A stretch of DNA of 64,000 bases from positions 2,208,001 through 2,272,000 of the forward strand of contig AP038806.1 in NCBI GenBank assembly GCA_047150005.1, given 5' to 3'. This stretch comes from Nitrospira sp. Its GTDB lineage: Bacteria; Nitrospirota; Nitrospiria; Nitrospirales; Nitrospiraceae. This document shows positions 27,989 to 40,390 of the stretch, piece by piece (position 1 is the stretch's first letter; the number at the start of each line of letters is the position of its first letter). The notes below the pieces were generated by a model. The model did no database searches and had not been told where the DNA came from. It saw nothing but the letters and a program-made list of their open reading frames with translations. The translations under genes and the position numbers were made by a program.

Positions 27989-28020
27989 CGGGCGTGACTT
28001 GGGAGGGGTGGAGCAACACG

Positions 28021-29217
28021 ATGGCATCGCGGTCCGCAGGTACGTTGTCTCTGCCATGGCAGACAGCCGGTCAACGGTCGGGCAAACGACGTGTGCCCAT
28101 GGATCACACAGTGCTGGTCGTGACGCTCACCTTGGCGTTGGTGGGATTAATCATGGTGTTCAGCGCCAGCGCGATTATGGCGGCAAACCGTTTCCAGGAT
28201 CCGGAGTTTTTCCTCAAGCGTCAGGTCGCTTGGCTTGGATTGGGTGTGCTCCTCATGCATGCCACGTCGCGCGTCGACTACATGCTGTGGAAGAAGCTGG
28301 CGATCCCCATCCTGATCTGTATGGCGGCGCTGTTGGTCGTCGTCTTGATCCCGGGAATCGGCGTCGTGACAAAGGGAGCGAGACGGTGGTTTCGGGCCGG
28401 ACCGATTTCGGTTCAGCCGGCCGAAATGGTCAAGCTTGCCGCCGTCATCTATCTCGCCTACTACCTGACGAAGAAGAAGGAGAAGGTCGCGCTGTTTGGC
28501 AACGGGCTGCTGCCGGTGCTGATCGTGATGGGACTTCTGAGCGGGCTCGTGCTGCTCCAGCCGGACTTGGGTACAGTCGTTGTCATAGGATTGGTGACCG
28601 TGGGGCTGCTGTTTCTCGGCGGAGCCAAGGTTTCCCATTTGGCCGGCCTGGGCCTCGGTGCTATTCCGGTCATGGCCGCCCTTGTGCTGGGGTCGAGCTA
28701 TCGACGGCAGCGGTTGATGACGTTCCTGGCGCCGTGGAAGGACGCGTCCGACGCGGGTTTTCAGATCACTCAATCGTTTCTGGCCTTCGGCAGCGGCGGA
28801 CCATTGGGCGTGGGACTGGGCGAAGGGAAACAAAAGCTGTTTTTCCTGCCGGAAGCCCATACGGATTTCGTCCTCGCGCTCGTCGGCGAGGAGTTGGGGC
28901 TGGCCGGCACGGCAACCGTCATTCTGCTGTTTGCGGTCCTTGTCTGGCGTGGATTTGTCATTGCCGCGCGTGCGCGCGCCCCGTTCGGCAAGTTTCTCGG
29001 CTTGGGCATCACCCTTCTGATCGGGATTCAAGCGCTGGTCAATGCCGCAGTCGTGACCGGTATGTTGCCGACCAAAGGCCTGACCTTGCCGTTCGTCAGC
29101 TACGGGGGGTCGTCACTCATCGTGAATTTTGTCGGCGTCGGCATGCTCTTGAGCATTTCACGGGATCGCCATGCCGGAGGCATCAAAGGCGGGCGCGGTG
29201 AGTTGGATCAGGGATGA
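28021..29217 (+). CDS. ftsW: SEDS peptidoglycan polymerase FtsW
   Basis: GARRW, QPAE..K, QPDLG, LPEAHTDF, PTKGLTLPFVSYGGSS. Confidence 0.96.
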   Translation: MASRSAGTLSLPWQTAGQRSGKRRVPMDHTVLVVTLTLALVGLIMVFSASAIMAANRFQDPEFFLKRQVAWLGLGVLLMHATSRVDYMLWKKLAIPILICMAALLVVVLIPGIGVVTKGARRWFRAGPISVQPAEMVKLAAVIYLAYYLTKKKEKVALFGNGLLPVLIVMGLLSGLVLLQPDLGTVVVIGLVTVGLLFLGGAKVSHLAGLGLGAIPVMAALVLGSSYRRQRLMTFLAPWKDASDAGFQITQSFLAFGSGGPLGVGLGEGKQKLFFLPEAHTDFVLALVGEELGLAGTATVILLFAVLVWRGFVIAARARAPFGKFLGLGITLLIGIQALVNAAVVTGMLPTKGLTLPFVSYGGSSLIVNFVGVGMLLSISRDRHAGGIKGGRGELDQG

Positions 29218-30341
29218 CGATCATCATTGCGGCGGGAGGAACGGGCGGCCATCTCTATCCGGCCGTCGCGCTGGCGCAGGAGTTTCTTCGGCGCGATCCT
29301 GCCGTGCGGGTGCTGTTTGTGGGAACAACGCGAGGGTTGGAATCCAAGGTGCTGGCATACGAAGGTTTCGAATTGGCGTTGATCAGCGCCAAACCGGTCA
29401 TGGGGACCGGACCGGTTGGCATGCTGAAGGGCCTGGCCGCGATGCCGCTGAGTTTCTGGCAATGCCTCAAGATTCTGCGCAACCGGCGGGCGCGTCTGGT
29501 GATCGGGGTCGGTGGGTATACGAGCCCCATGATGGTAGCCGCGGCAGCCGCGGTTGGAGTGGCGCGCGTGATTCTTGAACCCAACGCGAATCCGGGGATG
29601 GCGAACAAGGCGGTCGGTCCGTTCGCACAACGGATTTTTCTGGCGTTCGAGTCGGCCGCCGAGGGGTTCGACCGGACCAAGGTTCGCGTCGTGGGCACGC
29701 CCATACGGAGCGCGTTTGTCGAGGCGGCTCTCAGGGTTCCTCGAACGCGCCGCGAGCCGGGAGAGTTCCATCTGTTGATTTTCGGCGGCAGCCAGGGGGC
29801 CAAAGCCATCAACAGCGCCGTCATCGAGGGACTTCAGATGATGCGGGACGCGCGGGTGCGACTGACCATTACACACCAGACCGGTGAACCCGACCACGCG
29901 CGAGTGACGGAAGCCTATCGTCGCGCCGGGATCTCAGCCTTCGTCACGCCGTTCATCTACGACATGCCGACGGCGATTGCGGCGGCGGATCTGATAGTGG
30001 CGCGCGCCGGCGCCATGACGGTGGCGGAGTTGACCACATGCGGGAAGCCGGCGGTCCTCATCCCTCTGCCCACGGCTATTTATGATCACCAGACCAAGAA
30101 CGCGAAGGTCATGGAAGCGGCCGGTGCCGCCGTGCTGCTGCCGCAGGCCGAACTCACGGGCGAGAAGCTCGCGCAGCTCGTCGGTGCACTGGCCGATGAT
30201 TCCGAGCGGTTGAATGCCATGGCGACGGCAAGCTTGTCGTTGAGACGAACCGACGCGGGCGAGACGATCGTCCGCGAATGCTACGCACTCGTAGGAGGTG
30301 GGCATGATAAGCGTCAGTCTCTTGGAGCGGGGGCACTCTGA
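29214..30341 (+). CDS. murG: Lipid II GlcNAc transferase
   Basis: [30 protein letters not shown]. Confidence 0.97.
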   Translation: MTIIIAAGGTGGHLYPAVALAQEFLRRDPAVRVLFVGTTRGLESKVLAYEGFELALISAKPVMGTGPVGMLKGLAAMPLSFWQCLKILRNRRARLVIGVGGYTSPMMVAAAAAVGVARVILEPNANPGMANKAVGPFAQRIFLAFESAAEGFDRTKVRVVGTPIRSAFVEAALRVPRTRREPGEFHLLIFGGSQGAKAINSAVIEGLQMMRDARVRLTITHQTGEPDHARVTEAYRRAGISAFVTPFIYDMPTAIAAADLIVARAGAMTVAELTTCGKPAVLIPLPTAIYDHQTKNAKVMEAAGAAVLLPQAELTGEKLAQLVGALADDSERLNAMATASLSLRRTDAGETIVRECYALVGGGHDKRQSLGAGAL

Positions 30342-30411
30342 TGGTGTCAGACAGCAAAACGGGCGGGGATTCAATCCATCGCAGCCGATCAGCGGCTTGA
30401 GGCAAGCACCG

Positions 30412-31803
<1,392 letters not shown>

Positions 31804-31807
31804 CACG

Positions 31808-32761
31808 ATGAATCGCGCGAGATTGCGGGGCGGTGCAAAACATGCCGGCACGAAATTTCAGAAGAAGGACATCCGAGCGGCTGTCGCGGGGGTCAAAGGA
31901 GTGGTGCGCTTTGATGTTCCTCTGGACTCTTATACGTCGTTCAAGATCGGAGGGCCGGCCGACGTCGTGGTCGAACCGGTTGATGTGGACGATGTCTGTC
32001 GCCTAGCCATGCAAGCACGCGCTCACGGTATCCCTCTGTTTGTCGTGGGCGGCACGAACCTTTTGATCCGGGACGGCGGCATCCGGGGAATCGTGGTGCA
32101 CTTGGGAAAGCTCCGTGCGATCAGGGAAGAACCGGGGGAAGTGTTGTACGCCGAAGGAGGCGTGGGAATGCCGACGTTGATCGGTTATGCCGTCCGGCGG
32201 GCTCTCGCCGGACTCGAATGGGCGGCGGGAATTCCCGGCACCGTCGCAGGGTGCGTCGTCATGAATGCGGGAACGAGACTGGGTGAGATGAAGGATGCGC
32301 TGAAGGCCGTACGCGTCGTAACCGCCGCGGGCGTGGTCCGCGATATTCCGGCGTCGGCCATTCCGTTCGAGTACCGGCGCGCCAACCTTCCCAAGGGCAT
32401 CGTGGTCGGCGTGTGGCTGCAATTGCGCAAAGGGATCAGGGGAGACATCGAGCGGGTGGTCAAAGAGTATCTCCACTATCGACGCGACACGCAGCCGCTC
32501 ACGCTGCCCAGCGCCGGGTGCGTCTTCAAAAATCCGGCCAACGATTCCGCAGGCCGCCTGATCGAGGCGATGCAACTCAAGGGGCTACGCGTGGGCGATG
32601 CGGAAGTGTCGACCAGACATGGGAATTTCATCGTGAATCGCGGGCGAGCCCGGGCCAGCGACGTCATCGCCTTGATCGGAAAAATCCGGCGCGCGATCAA
32701 GCGACAGGCCGGTGTGCGATTGGATCTGGAACTCCGGATCGTCGGAATGGCCGGACGGTGA
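31808..32761 (+). CDS. murB: UDP-N-acetylenolpyruvoylglucosamine reductase
   Basis: SFKIGGPA, GIPGTVAG..MNAG, PSAGCVFKNP, HGNFIVN. Confidence 0.96.
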   Translation: MNRARLRGGAKHAGTKFQKKDIRAAVAGVKGVVRFDVPLDSYTSFKIGGPADVVVEPVDVDDVCRLAMQARAHGIPLFVVGGTNLLIRDGGIRGIVVHLGKLRAIREEPGEVLYAEGGVGMPTLIGYAVRRALAGLEWAAGIPGTVAGCVVMNAGTRLGEMKDALKAVRVVTAAGVVRDIPASAIPFEYRRANLPKGIVVGVWLQLRKGIRGDIERVVKEYLHYRRDTQPLTLPSAGCVFKNPANDSAGRLIEAMQLKGLRVGDAEVSTRHGNFIVNRGRARASDVIALIGKIRRAIKRQAGVRLDLELRIVGMAGR

Positions 32762-32830
32762 GCATTTGAGGATTGCACGAACAAATGGCAGCTGCAACCT
32801 TCGATGAGGGTTGACGGCGGAAATAGCAAG

Positions 32831-33823
32831 ATGGCTCAACGTTCTTTATTGACCAAGGTTCGGATCGGGGTTTTGATGGGAGGACAGTCTTCCGAGCGGG
32901 AGGTGTCGCTCCGTACCGGGTCGGCTGTTCATCGTGCCCTGCGCCGGAGAGGATATGATGCCGTCGCGATCGACGTCGGTCCCGGCTTGAGCCGAGATCT
33001 TCAGAAGCATCGGATTGCCGTCGCATTCCTGGCCTTGCATGGACCGGGAGGGGAAGACGGATCCATCCAAGGTTTTCTGGAGACCCTTGGCATCCCCTAT
33101 ACGGGGTCGGGTATCCAAGCCAGCTCTGTTGGCATGCACAAAGTCACGACCAAGACGATTTTGGCGGCGCATGACATTCCGGTGCCTCCCGGTTTGGTGC
33201 TAAAGCGCGGACAGGTCCTGTCGGACGGCCAAGCCTTGCGGGAGGCGAAACTGCGCTGGCCGGTCGTCGTGAAGCCGGCATCCGAAGGGTCGACGATCGG
33301 CGTGACCATCGTGAAACACCGAGCACAATGGAACAAGGCTCTGGCGTTGGCCCACCGCTACGACCGAGACGCGGTGGTCGAAGCCTACATTCCCGGCCAC
33401 GAAGTCACGGTTTCGTTGCTCGGTCGAGGGGGACGAGCGCCGCTCGTGCTGCCGGCGGTCGAAATCGTCGCTCCTGGGGGTTTTTACGACTACTCCGCGA
33501 AGTACGAAAAGGGAAAGACCCGCTATCTCTGCCCGGCGCCGCTTTCGGCACCCGTCACCGGGAAGATCCGCTCGCTGGCGTTGCGCGCGTATGAAGTCCT
33601 GGATTGCGCCGGGGCCGCCCGTGTCGATTTTCGTATTACGCCGCGCGGGCGTCCCTATGTGTTGGAGATCAATACGGCACCGGGCATGACCGAGACGAGC
33701 CTTCTTCCGATGGCTGCGGCCCAAGCGGGGATCGGCTACGACGACCTGACGGAACGGATCCTCGAATCAGCCGTGGGACGGATGTCCACTCAAGGATTGA
33801 AGGGAAGGACGCGACGGCCATGA
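32831..33823 (+). CDS. ddl: D-alanine--D-alanine ligase
   Basis: GGQSSEREVS, LHGPGGEDG, PYTGSG, YDYSAKY, LEINTAPG. Confidence 0.96.
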   Translation: MAQRSLLTKVRIGVLMGGQSSEREVSLRTGSAVHRALRRRGYDAVAIDVGPGLSRDLQKHRIAVAFLALHGPGGEDGSIQGFLETLGIPYTGSGIQASSVGMHKVTTKTILAAHDIPVPPGLVLKRGQVLSDGQALREAKLRWPVVVKPASEGSTIGVTIVKHRAQWNKALALAHRYDRDAVVEAYIPGHEVTVSLLGRGGRAPLVLPAVEIVAPGGFYDYSAKYEKGKTRYLCPAPLSAPVTGKIRSLALRAYEVLDCAGAARVDFRITPRGRPYVLEINTAPGMTETSLLPMAAAQAGIGYDDLTERILESAVGRMSTQGLKGRTRRP

Positions 33824-34689
33824 TGCGGCTATTCAGAAGAAAACCGAAAGCCGGGGAACCGGTCTATCGCCAAAACCGCTGGAGAGAGTCGCGCGGCCTG
33901 GTCGAAAGCGAGCGTCGGCAACGGCGCTGGGCACGCATCAGAACGACCTGGCATCCGAAAATGCGGATTGTCGCGTGGGTGGCGGGTTTCGCGATGAGCC
34001 TGTGGGCGGGAATGCTGGGCATGCGCCACCTCGCGCCGATCATCGAACGCGGCCTGGAAATTCGCGAGATTCAGATCCAAGGCGTCCACCATGTCGCGCG
34101 TGAGGAGGTGCTCGCACGGTTGGCGCTGAAGAACGGAACGGCCCTGCACCGGATCAGCCTTTCCTTTTTGGCTGAGCGACTACGGACGATCGCGTGGATT
34201 AAGGAGGCCACGCTGGAACGATTGCCATTGCACACCCTCAGGGTCACCGTGGTGGAGCGCCAGCCCGCCGCCATCGCGCGAGTCGGGTGGGAATATCTGC
34301 TGCTGGATGAGGAAGGAATCGTGCTGACGCGCCTCGGCGATGAGGATCAACCGTCGCTTCCGCTGATCATGGGGGCGGGTCAGAAACTCCTCATTCAGGG
34401 GGAGTCCGGTCTGCGACGGACCGTGCAGTCGTCGATCGAATTGGCCAGGACGATGGCGCATAGCGTCGAGGAACGTGTGGAAATCGATGTCTCCGACCCG
34501 CTGAATCTTGTCGCGTCGATCAAGGGAATGCGCTTTCAGTTTGGTCACGATTCCTTATTGGATCAGTGGAATCGCTTCCGCATGGTGAAAGCCGTGTTCA
34601 AGCCCGGCACGCTGGACGGCCGGAAGCGCGAACTCGGCGAAGTGGACCTGCGGTACGACAATCGCGTCATCGTGCGGGAAAGGGGGTAA
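33820..34689 (+). CDS. ftsQ: Cell division protein FtsQ/DivIB
   Basis: Basic N-terminus, TM, POTRA (…LPLHTLRVTVVERQP), C-terminal DLRYDNRVIV; position before ftsA. Confidence 0.9.
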   Translation: MMRLFRRKPKAGEPVYRQNRWRESRGLVESERRQRRWARIRTTWHPKMRIVAWVAGFAMSLWAGMLGMRHLAPIIERGLEIREIQIQGVHHVAREEVLARLALKNGTALHRISLSFLAERLRTIAWIKEATLERLPLHTLRVTVVERQPAAIARVGWEYLLLDEEGIVLTRLGDEDQPSLPLIMGAGQKLLIQGESGLRRTVQSSIELARTMAHSVEERVEIDVSDPLNLVASIKGMRFQFGHDSLLDQWNRFRMVKAVFKPGTLDGRKRELGEVDLRYDNRVIVRERG

Positions 34690-34693
34690 GGCT

Positions 34694-35929
34694 GTGGCGA
34701 AGCGGGATCAAATTCTCGTGGGGTTGGACATCGGGACCACGAAGATCTGCGCCATCGTTTCGGAGATCATGGACGATGGGTCGCTCAGCATCATCGGTGT
34801 GGGATCGAGCCCTTCCCGCGGTCTCCGCAAAGGCGTGGTGGTTGATATCGAGAGCACGGTGGAATCGATCAAGAAAGCGGTGGAAGAGGCGGAACTCATG
34901 GCGGCGGTCCAGATCAACTCCGTCTACACGGGTATTGCGGGCAGTCACATTTCAGCGGAAAATTGCAAAGGCGTGGTGGCGCTGAAAAAATCCGAGGTGA
35001 CCCGCGACGACGTGCAGCGCGCGATCGAAAGCGCCAGAACGCTCGCGGTGATTCCTCACGAACGCCGGATCCTTCATGTATTGCCGAGAGAATTCATGGT
35101 GGACGGCCAAGAGGGAGTTCGCGAGCCGCTGGGACTTTCCGGCAATCGACTCGAAGTCAACGTGCACGTCATTACGGGAGCGGTCACGTCCGCTCAAAAC
35201 ATCATCAAGAGCGTCAACCGCGCCGGTCTCGACGTCGTGGACATTATTCTGCAGCCTCTGGCCTCCAGCGAAGCCGTTCTCAGTCAGGAAGAACGGGATC
35301 TCGGCGTGGCCATGGTCGATCTCGGCGGCGGCACGACCGATCTCGCGATCTTTCTCGACGGCAGCATCAGGCACTCGGCCGTGCTTCCTATCGGGGGGCA
35401 GAATCTCACCAAAGACTTGGCCATCGGCCTGCTGACGTCGCAGACGGAGGCGGAGAAGATCAAGGTCCAGTACGGCCTGGCCCGTACGGATCTCGTTCAC
35501 GGCCATGAGCGTGTGGAAGTGCCTTCGGTGGGAGACCGGCCGGCCCGGACGTTTTCGCGGCGCGATATCGCGGAGATTCTCGAGCCCCGCGTCGACGAAA
35601 TGTTCGAGTTGGTTCGCCGTGAGATTGCTCGGGCGGGCTATGAAGGCATGCTGGGGGCCGGGGTGGTCATTACAGGCGGGACCTCGCTGTTGGACGGGAT
35701 GCCCGATGCTGCCGAGCATGTCCTCAATCTGCCGGCGCGTCGCGGCGTGCCGGGCGGTATCGGCGGGCTTCGTGACATCGTGAGCAATCCCATGCATGCG
35801 ACGGGCGTGGGGCTGTTGATGCACGCGCGGCGGCACACCGAGGAAATGGCGGCCGCGGGCCTGCGCAGCGGGCGGCCGCTCAGCCGGGTATTGGATCGGA
35901 TGAAGTCCTGGATGTTTGAGTTCTTTTAA
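34694..35929 (+). CDS. ftsA: Cell division protein FtsA
   Basis: GLDIGTTKI, VDLGGGTT, AEKIK, VITGG. Confidence 0.97.
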   Translation: MAKRDQILVGLDIGTTKICAIVSEIMDDGSLSIIGVGSSPSRGLRKGVVVDIESTVESIKKAVEEAELMAAVQINSVYTGIAGSHISAENCKGVVALKKSEVTRDDVQRAIESARTLAVIPHERRILHVLPREFMVDGQEGVREPLGLSGNRLEVNVHVITGAVTSAQNIIKSVNRAGLDVVDIILQPLASSEAVLSQEERDLGVAMVDLGGGTTDLAIFLDGSIRHSAVLPIGGQNLTKDLAIGLLTSQTEAEKIKVQYGLARTDLVHGHERVEVPSVGDRPARTFSRRDIAEILEPRVDEMFELVRREIARAGYEGMLGAGVVITGGTSLLDGMPDAAEHVLNLPARRGVPGGIGGLRDIVSNPMHATGVGLLMHARRHTEEMAAAGLRSGRPLSRVLDRMKSWMFEFF

Positions 35930-35982
35930 CGTTCGCGTGCGGTGCAAGGCCGCCACGCGGTTAGCCCAAGGGAGGTGCCCTG

Positions 35983-37161
35983 ATGTTCTCATTTCAAGAA
36001 GATGTCCTCTCCCCCGTCCGGATCAAAGTCATCGGGGTCGGGGGAGCGGGGTGCAACGCAGTCAATACCATGATTGCATCGGGGCTGGCTCGCGTCGATT
36101 TCATCGCCGCGAACACCGACTTGCAAGCGCTGGATCGGTCGCGGGCCGCCTACAAGGTTCAGTTGGGACCCGAGAGGACGCGCGGCCTCGGAGCCGGCGC
36201 GAAGCCGGAAATCGGAAAAGAATCGGCGTTGGAGAGCAAAGACCAAGTGCGCGAATGTCTGGAAGGAGCGGACATGGTCTTCGTGACCGCCGGCATGGGC
36301 GGCGGGACCGGAACCGGTGCGGCGCCGATCGTCGCGAGCATCGCCAGGGAACTGGGTATTCTGACCGTCGGAGTGGTGACGAAGCCGTTCCAGTATGAGG
36401 GACACCGGCGGATGTTGCACGCCGATGAAGGCATCAGAGACTTGAGGCGCCACGTCGACACCCTGTTGATAATTCCGAACCAGCGACTCCTCGGCATCGT
36501 CGACAAGACGACGCCTCTGTTGGAGGCATTCAAGGTAGCCGACGACGTCTTGCGTCAGGCGATCCAAGGCATAGCGGATGTGATCACCACGACCGGCCAT
36601 GTGAATGTGGATTTTGCCGACGTCCGCACGATCATGTCGCACACCGGGCGCGCCGTGATGGGCATGGGCGTGTCGCGCGGGACCAATCGGGCGATCGAGG
36701 CTGCGCAGAAGGCGATCTGCAGTCCATTGCTGGAAGAGGGAAGCGTCGAGGGGGCTAGAGGCGTGCTGCTGAATATCACGGGCGGTCCCAACATGTCGCT
36801 GCATGAAATCGAGGAAGCTGCGTCGATCATTCAGCAGACCGCGGATCCGGAGGCCAACATCATCGTCGGACAGGTCATCAATCCCGATATGGGCGACGAT
36901 CTGGTCGTCACGGTCATTGCGACCGGGTTCGAACGCGAAGAACAGGCGGCGGCCGTGCCCGTGGGTGCGGCCCGTGTGTCACGGACGACCCCGCAGGCGA
37001 TGAGCGCTGTTGGAATGGCCGTGGCGGATCGGCATCACAAAGACATCGACCGGCCGACGTTCTTGCGTCGGAGTGAACTGGCCCAGTCAGTGGATCGCGC
37101 GGTGCTTCCGGCTGAGGACGAGTGGGACGTGCCGACGTTCTTGAGAAAACAAGCGGACTGA
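35983..37161 (+). CDS. ftsZ: Cell division protein FtsZ
   Basis: [25 protein letters not shown]-terminal WDVPTFLRK. Confidence 0.99.
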   Translation: MFSFQEDVLSPVRIKVIGVGGAGCNAVNTMIASGLARVDFIAANTDLQALDRSRAAYKVQLGPERTRGLGAGAKPEIGKESALESKDQVRECLEGADMVFVTAGMGGGTGTGAAPIVASIARELGILTVGVVTKPFQYEGHRRMLHADEGIRDLRRHVDTLLIIPNQRLLGIVDKTTPLLEAFKVADDVLRQAIQGIADVITTTGHVNVDFADVRTIMSHTGRAVMGMGVSRGTNRAIEAAQKAICSPLLEEGSVEGARGVLLNITGGPNMSLHEIEEAASIIQQTADPEANIIVGQVINPDMGDDLVVTVIATGFEREEQAAAVPVGAARVSRTTPQAMSAVGMAVADRHHKDIDRPTFLRRSELAQSVDRAVLPAEDEWDVPTFLRKQAD

Positions 37162-37177
37162 TCGGAAGGGTTGTCCG

Positions 37178-37912
37178 GTGCACACGAACGGTCCGGTCAT
37201 CACCGTGCCGGCATTCGCTTCCTCGCGGGACGGCGTCCGCCATTTTTTCGGTACGCGCCGTCACGCCGACAGCCTAGCGCTCGAGATCGGCGTGCCGACT
37301 GCGGGTCCACGTCGCAGGGGATGGTTATTGTCCGTCAAACAGGTGCACGGCACCGACGCGTTGATTCTCAACCGACCGCTGACCCAAGACGATCGATTCG
37401 ACGGAGAGTGGGACGCACTGGTCACGGATCAGCCAGGCGTGACCGTGATCGTGCGAACAGCGGACTGCGTGCCGGTCCTGATCTATGACCGTCGTCGGCG
37501 GGCGGTGGCGGCCATTCATGCGGGATGGCGCGGCGCGGTGGCGGAAATCGTACCCAAGACGATCTCCCTGCTCGTAGAACGGTTTCACATGACGGCGGCG
37601 GAGCTTCGCGTCAGCATCGGTCCCTCGGCCGGGCCCTGCTGCTACGAGGTCGACGAGCCTGTACTGAGCGCGTTGCGGCAGCGGATGCCGGAATGGGAGT
37701 CCGTCGTCCGGGGTGCCGAGGGCGCCAGGGCGCGGCTGGATCTGAAGCAGCTGGTTCGCCGTCAGGTGGAACGGATCGGCATTGCACCGGCGCAGATCAC
37801 CACCGTCAATCTGTGTACGATCTGTCATGACGACCTGTTTTACTCCTATCGCCGGGAAGGACGCGTGACCGGCACGATGGTCAGCGGCATCGCGTTGATG
37901 CCGCGCCGTTGA
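37178..37912 (+). CDS. pgeF: Peptidoglycan editing factor / purine nucleoside phosphorylase YfiH
   Basis: QVHG, TADCVPV, HAGWRG, CT.C...FYSYRR. Confidence 0.93.
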   Translation: MHTNGPVITVPAFASSRDGVRHFFGTRRHADSLALEIGVPTAGPRRRGWLLSVKQVHGTDALILNRPLTQDDRFDGEWDALVTDQPGVTVIVRTADCVPVLIYDRRRRAVAAIHAGWRGAVAEIVPKTISLLVERFHMTAAELRVSIGPSAGPCCYEVDEPVLSALRQRMPEWESVVRGAEGARARLDLKQLVRRQVERIGIAPAQITTVNLCTICHDDLFYSYRREGRVTGTMVSGIALMPRR

Positions 37913-37967
37913 CGCCCTGCTCGCAAACGGGCTGGATTTCTTTTATGAACGTGCAGGCTTCGCGCGT

Positions 37968-38678
37968 ATGGTTGTGCGGACGGCCGACTCAATCGCAGAT
38001 CGTCTCAAGGCCGTGATGGATCGCATCCGGCAGGCCGCTTTGGCCGCCGGCCGAGAACCGGCCAGCGTCCGTCTGGTAGCGGCCACCAAGGCGGTTTCCG
38101 CGGAACGTGTCCGCGAAGCGGTTGTGGCGGGATTGCGCCTTGCCGGCGAGAATCGACTGCAGGAGGCGATCCTCAAGATCCAGGCTCTCCGCGACGAGCC
38201 CCTCCGGTGGCACTTCATCGGGCAACTGCAACGTCGCAAAGTCCGCGAGGTCGTTGCACGGTTCGATATCATTCATTCGGTGGACACGTTGGAATTGGCG
38301 TTGGAAATCGACCGGCGGGCTGAAGCGGCCGCAATTCGGCAGGATGTGCTGTTGGAGGTCAATGTGGCCGGCGAGCCGACAAAGGCGGGGTTCTCTCCCG
38401 ATCAGCTTGAGGAGCAGCTCTCGCAATTCTCGGGACTGACGCACCTGTGCATCCGTGGACTGATGACGATTCCGCCGCCGGTCGATAATCCGGAGCGGAC
38501 CAGGGTCCATTTCCGCGCCCTGCGCGAGCTGGCCGGGCGCTTATCGGGCCAGGCTGTTCCGGGGGTCGAAATGACGGAGCTTTCGATGGGGATGTCGAGT
38601 GACTACGTCGTGGCTGTGGAGGAGGGGGCGACGCTTGTGCGGGTGGGAACGGCCATCTTCGGGAGGCGGGATGCCTGA
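37968..38678 (+). CDS. yggS: PLP homeostasis protein YggS
   Basis: LVAATK, GENRLQE, WHFIGQLQ, GLMTIPP, LSMGMS, VRVGTAIFG. Confidence 0.95.
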   Translation: MVVRTADSIADRLKAVMDRIRQAALAAGREPASVRLVAATKAVSAERVREAVVAGLRLAGENRLQEAILKIQALRDEPLRWHFIGQLQRRKVREVVARFDIIHSVDTLELALEIDRRAEAAAIRQDVLLEVNVAGEPTKAGFSPDQLEEQLSQFSGLTHLCIRGLMTIPPPVDNPERTRVHFRALRELAGRLSGQAVPGVEMTELSMGMSSDYVVAVEEGATLVRVGTAIFGRRDA

Positions 38679-39483
38679 TCCTGTCACATCGGTGGGCTTC
38701 GTCGGCGGCGGGCAGATGGCGGAGGCTATTGTCGGCGGGATGCTCGGTGCAGGGCTGTGCTCGCCGGAATCGGTCTGGGCGACCGATCCCGTCGCCGCGA
38801 GACGCGATCGGTTGAAGACTGTGTTCGGTATCCGTGTCGGCGAAGACAATCGTGCGTTGACAGCATGGGCCGATCTGGTCATTCTGGCCGTCAAACCACA
38901 AGTGCTTCCCAGTGTGTTGAAGGAGATCGGCCCTTTCCTCGCCGGGAAGCTCGTCGTCTCGATCATTGCCGGAGTGCCCATCCGAGTTATCGCTGAACAA
39001 ATCCCGGGCGCCGGCGACATCATCCGCGCCATGCCTAATCAGCCGGTATTCGTGCGTGAAGGAATGACGGCGCTTGCGGGTGGTGCCGACATGCAGACCC
39101 ATGACTCTGGTTTTGTCCGCGCGATGTTTGAAGCGGTGGGTCGAGTGGTGGAGGTGGAGGAACGGCTGATGGATGCGGTGACGGGGCTCAGCGGCAGCGG
39201 TCCGGCGTATGTGTTTCAAGCCATCGAGGCATTGGCCGACGGCGGGGTGAAGATGGGCCTGCCTCGGGGCACCGCGGAACTCCTGGCCGCGCAAACCGTA
39301 CTCGGTGCCGCGCGAATGGTATTGGAATCGCGGGAGCATCCTGCCACACTCAAAGACCGCGTGGCGTCTCCCGGCGGGACGACGATTGCGGGCCTGCACC
39401 GGCTTGAACAAGGCGGCTTCCGTGCTACACTGATGGGGGCCGTCGAGGCGGCCACGAGGCGATCGGAGGAATTAGCACGCTGA
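38671..39483 (+). CDS. proC: Pyrroline-5-carboxylate reductase
   Basis: GGGQM, LAVKPQ, RAMPN, SGSGPAY, SPGGTT. Confidence 0.96.
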   Translation: MPDPVTSVGFVGGGQMAEAIVGGMLGAGLCSPESVWATDPVAARRDRLKTVFGIRVGEDNRALTAWADLVILAVKPQVLPSVLKEIGPFLAGKLVVSIIAGVPIRVIAEQIPGAGDIIRAMPNQPVFVREGMTALAGGADMQTHDSGFVRAMFEAVGRVVEVEERLMDAVTGLSGSGPAYVFQAIEALADGGVKMGLPRGTAELLAAQTVLGAARMVLESREHPATLKDRVASPGGTTIAGLHRLEQGGFRATLMGAVEAATRRSEELAR

Positions 39484-39779
39484 TGTTCATCGGAGGCAAT
39501 ATCCTGCAGGCGGTCGCGACCGTTCTGGATACGGTTCTCTGGTTGTACATGTGGGTCATCATCGCCAGGGCTCTGATCTCGTGGGTGAATCCGGATCCCT
39601 GGAACCCGATCGTGCAGTTTCTCGTTCGCGTCACGGAGCCGGTCTTGTCCCCCATTCGCCGATGGGTTGGGTGGCGGATGGGTATTGATCTTTCTCCGAT
39701 TATCGCCATCCTCGCGATCACGTTCTTGCAGCTTGCCTTGGTCCAGACACTCCGCGATATTGCTGTCCGGTTGAACTGA
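39483..39779 (+). CDS. yggT: YggT family membrane protein
   Basis: SWVNPDP.NPIV, TEPVL.PIRR, IDLSPI. Confidence 0.93.
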   Translation: MFIGGNILQAVATVLDTVLWLYMWVIIARALISWVNPDPWNPIVQFLVRVTEPVLSPIRRWVGWRMGIDLSPIIAILAITFLQLALVQTLRDIAVRLN

Positions 39780-39798
39780 ATCGATCAAGGGGGACGCC

Positions 39799-40311
39799 AT
39801 GAAGATCACGCCACTCGATATCCAGCAAATGGTGTTCAAGACCAGCTTCCGTGGCTATGACAAGGAAGAGGTCAACCGCTTTCTGGAGGAGATCGCAGAA
39901 ACCGTCGAGCTGTTGAACCGGGACAACGCGGTGCAGCGGGAAAAAACCGTTCTTCTTGAACAGCAAATCACCGAACTCAAGCGGACGGAAGTCACGCTGT
40001 CCAATACGCTGGTGTCCGCGCAATCACTGGCAGAGGACGTCAAGCGCAGTGCCCAACGCGAATCGGACCTCATCATCAAGGAAGCGGAGCTCAAGGCGGG
40101 AGAAATGATCCGGCAGGCTCGGGTGGAGTTGCACAACACCCAGCGGGACTTGACGGCGCTTCAAAAGCAACGGCTTCTGATGGTGGAACGACTTCGTGCG
40201 ACGTTGCGCACGTTCGAGCGGATGCTGGAAGTCGAGGAACAGGAGGCGTTCAGCGACGCGGACTCCACGCCTGAAGGCAAACTCGAAGGGCAGTCGAGCC
40301 AGGCGTTGTGA
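39799..40311 (+). CDS. divIVA: DivIVA domain protein
   Basis: ITPLDIQQMVF..SFRGYDKEEVNRFL plus long coiled coil. Confidence 0.92.
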   Translation: MKITPLDIQQMVFKTSFRGYDKEEVNRFLEEIAETVELLNRDNAVQREKTVLLEQQITELKRTEVTLSNTLVSAQSLAEDVKRSAQRESDLIIKEAELKAGEMIRQARVELHNTQRDLTALQKQRLLMVERLRATLRTFERMLEVEEQEAFSDADSTPEGKLEGQSSQAL

Positions 40312-40390
40312 TCTGCGGCGCGATCTCCGGAGTGATCAGTCGCTCGAATACCTGCCGTCCTTCCCGAAAGCTCTCATTTCCAGATTTCTT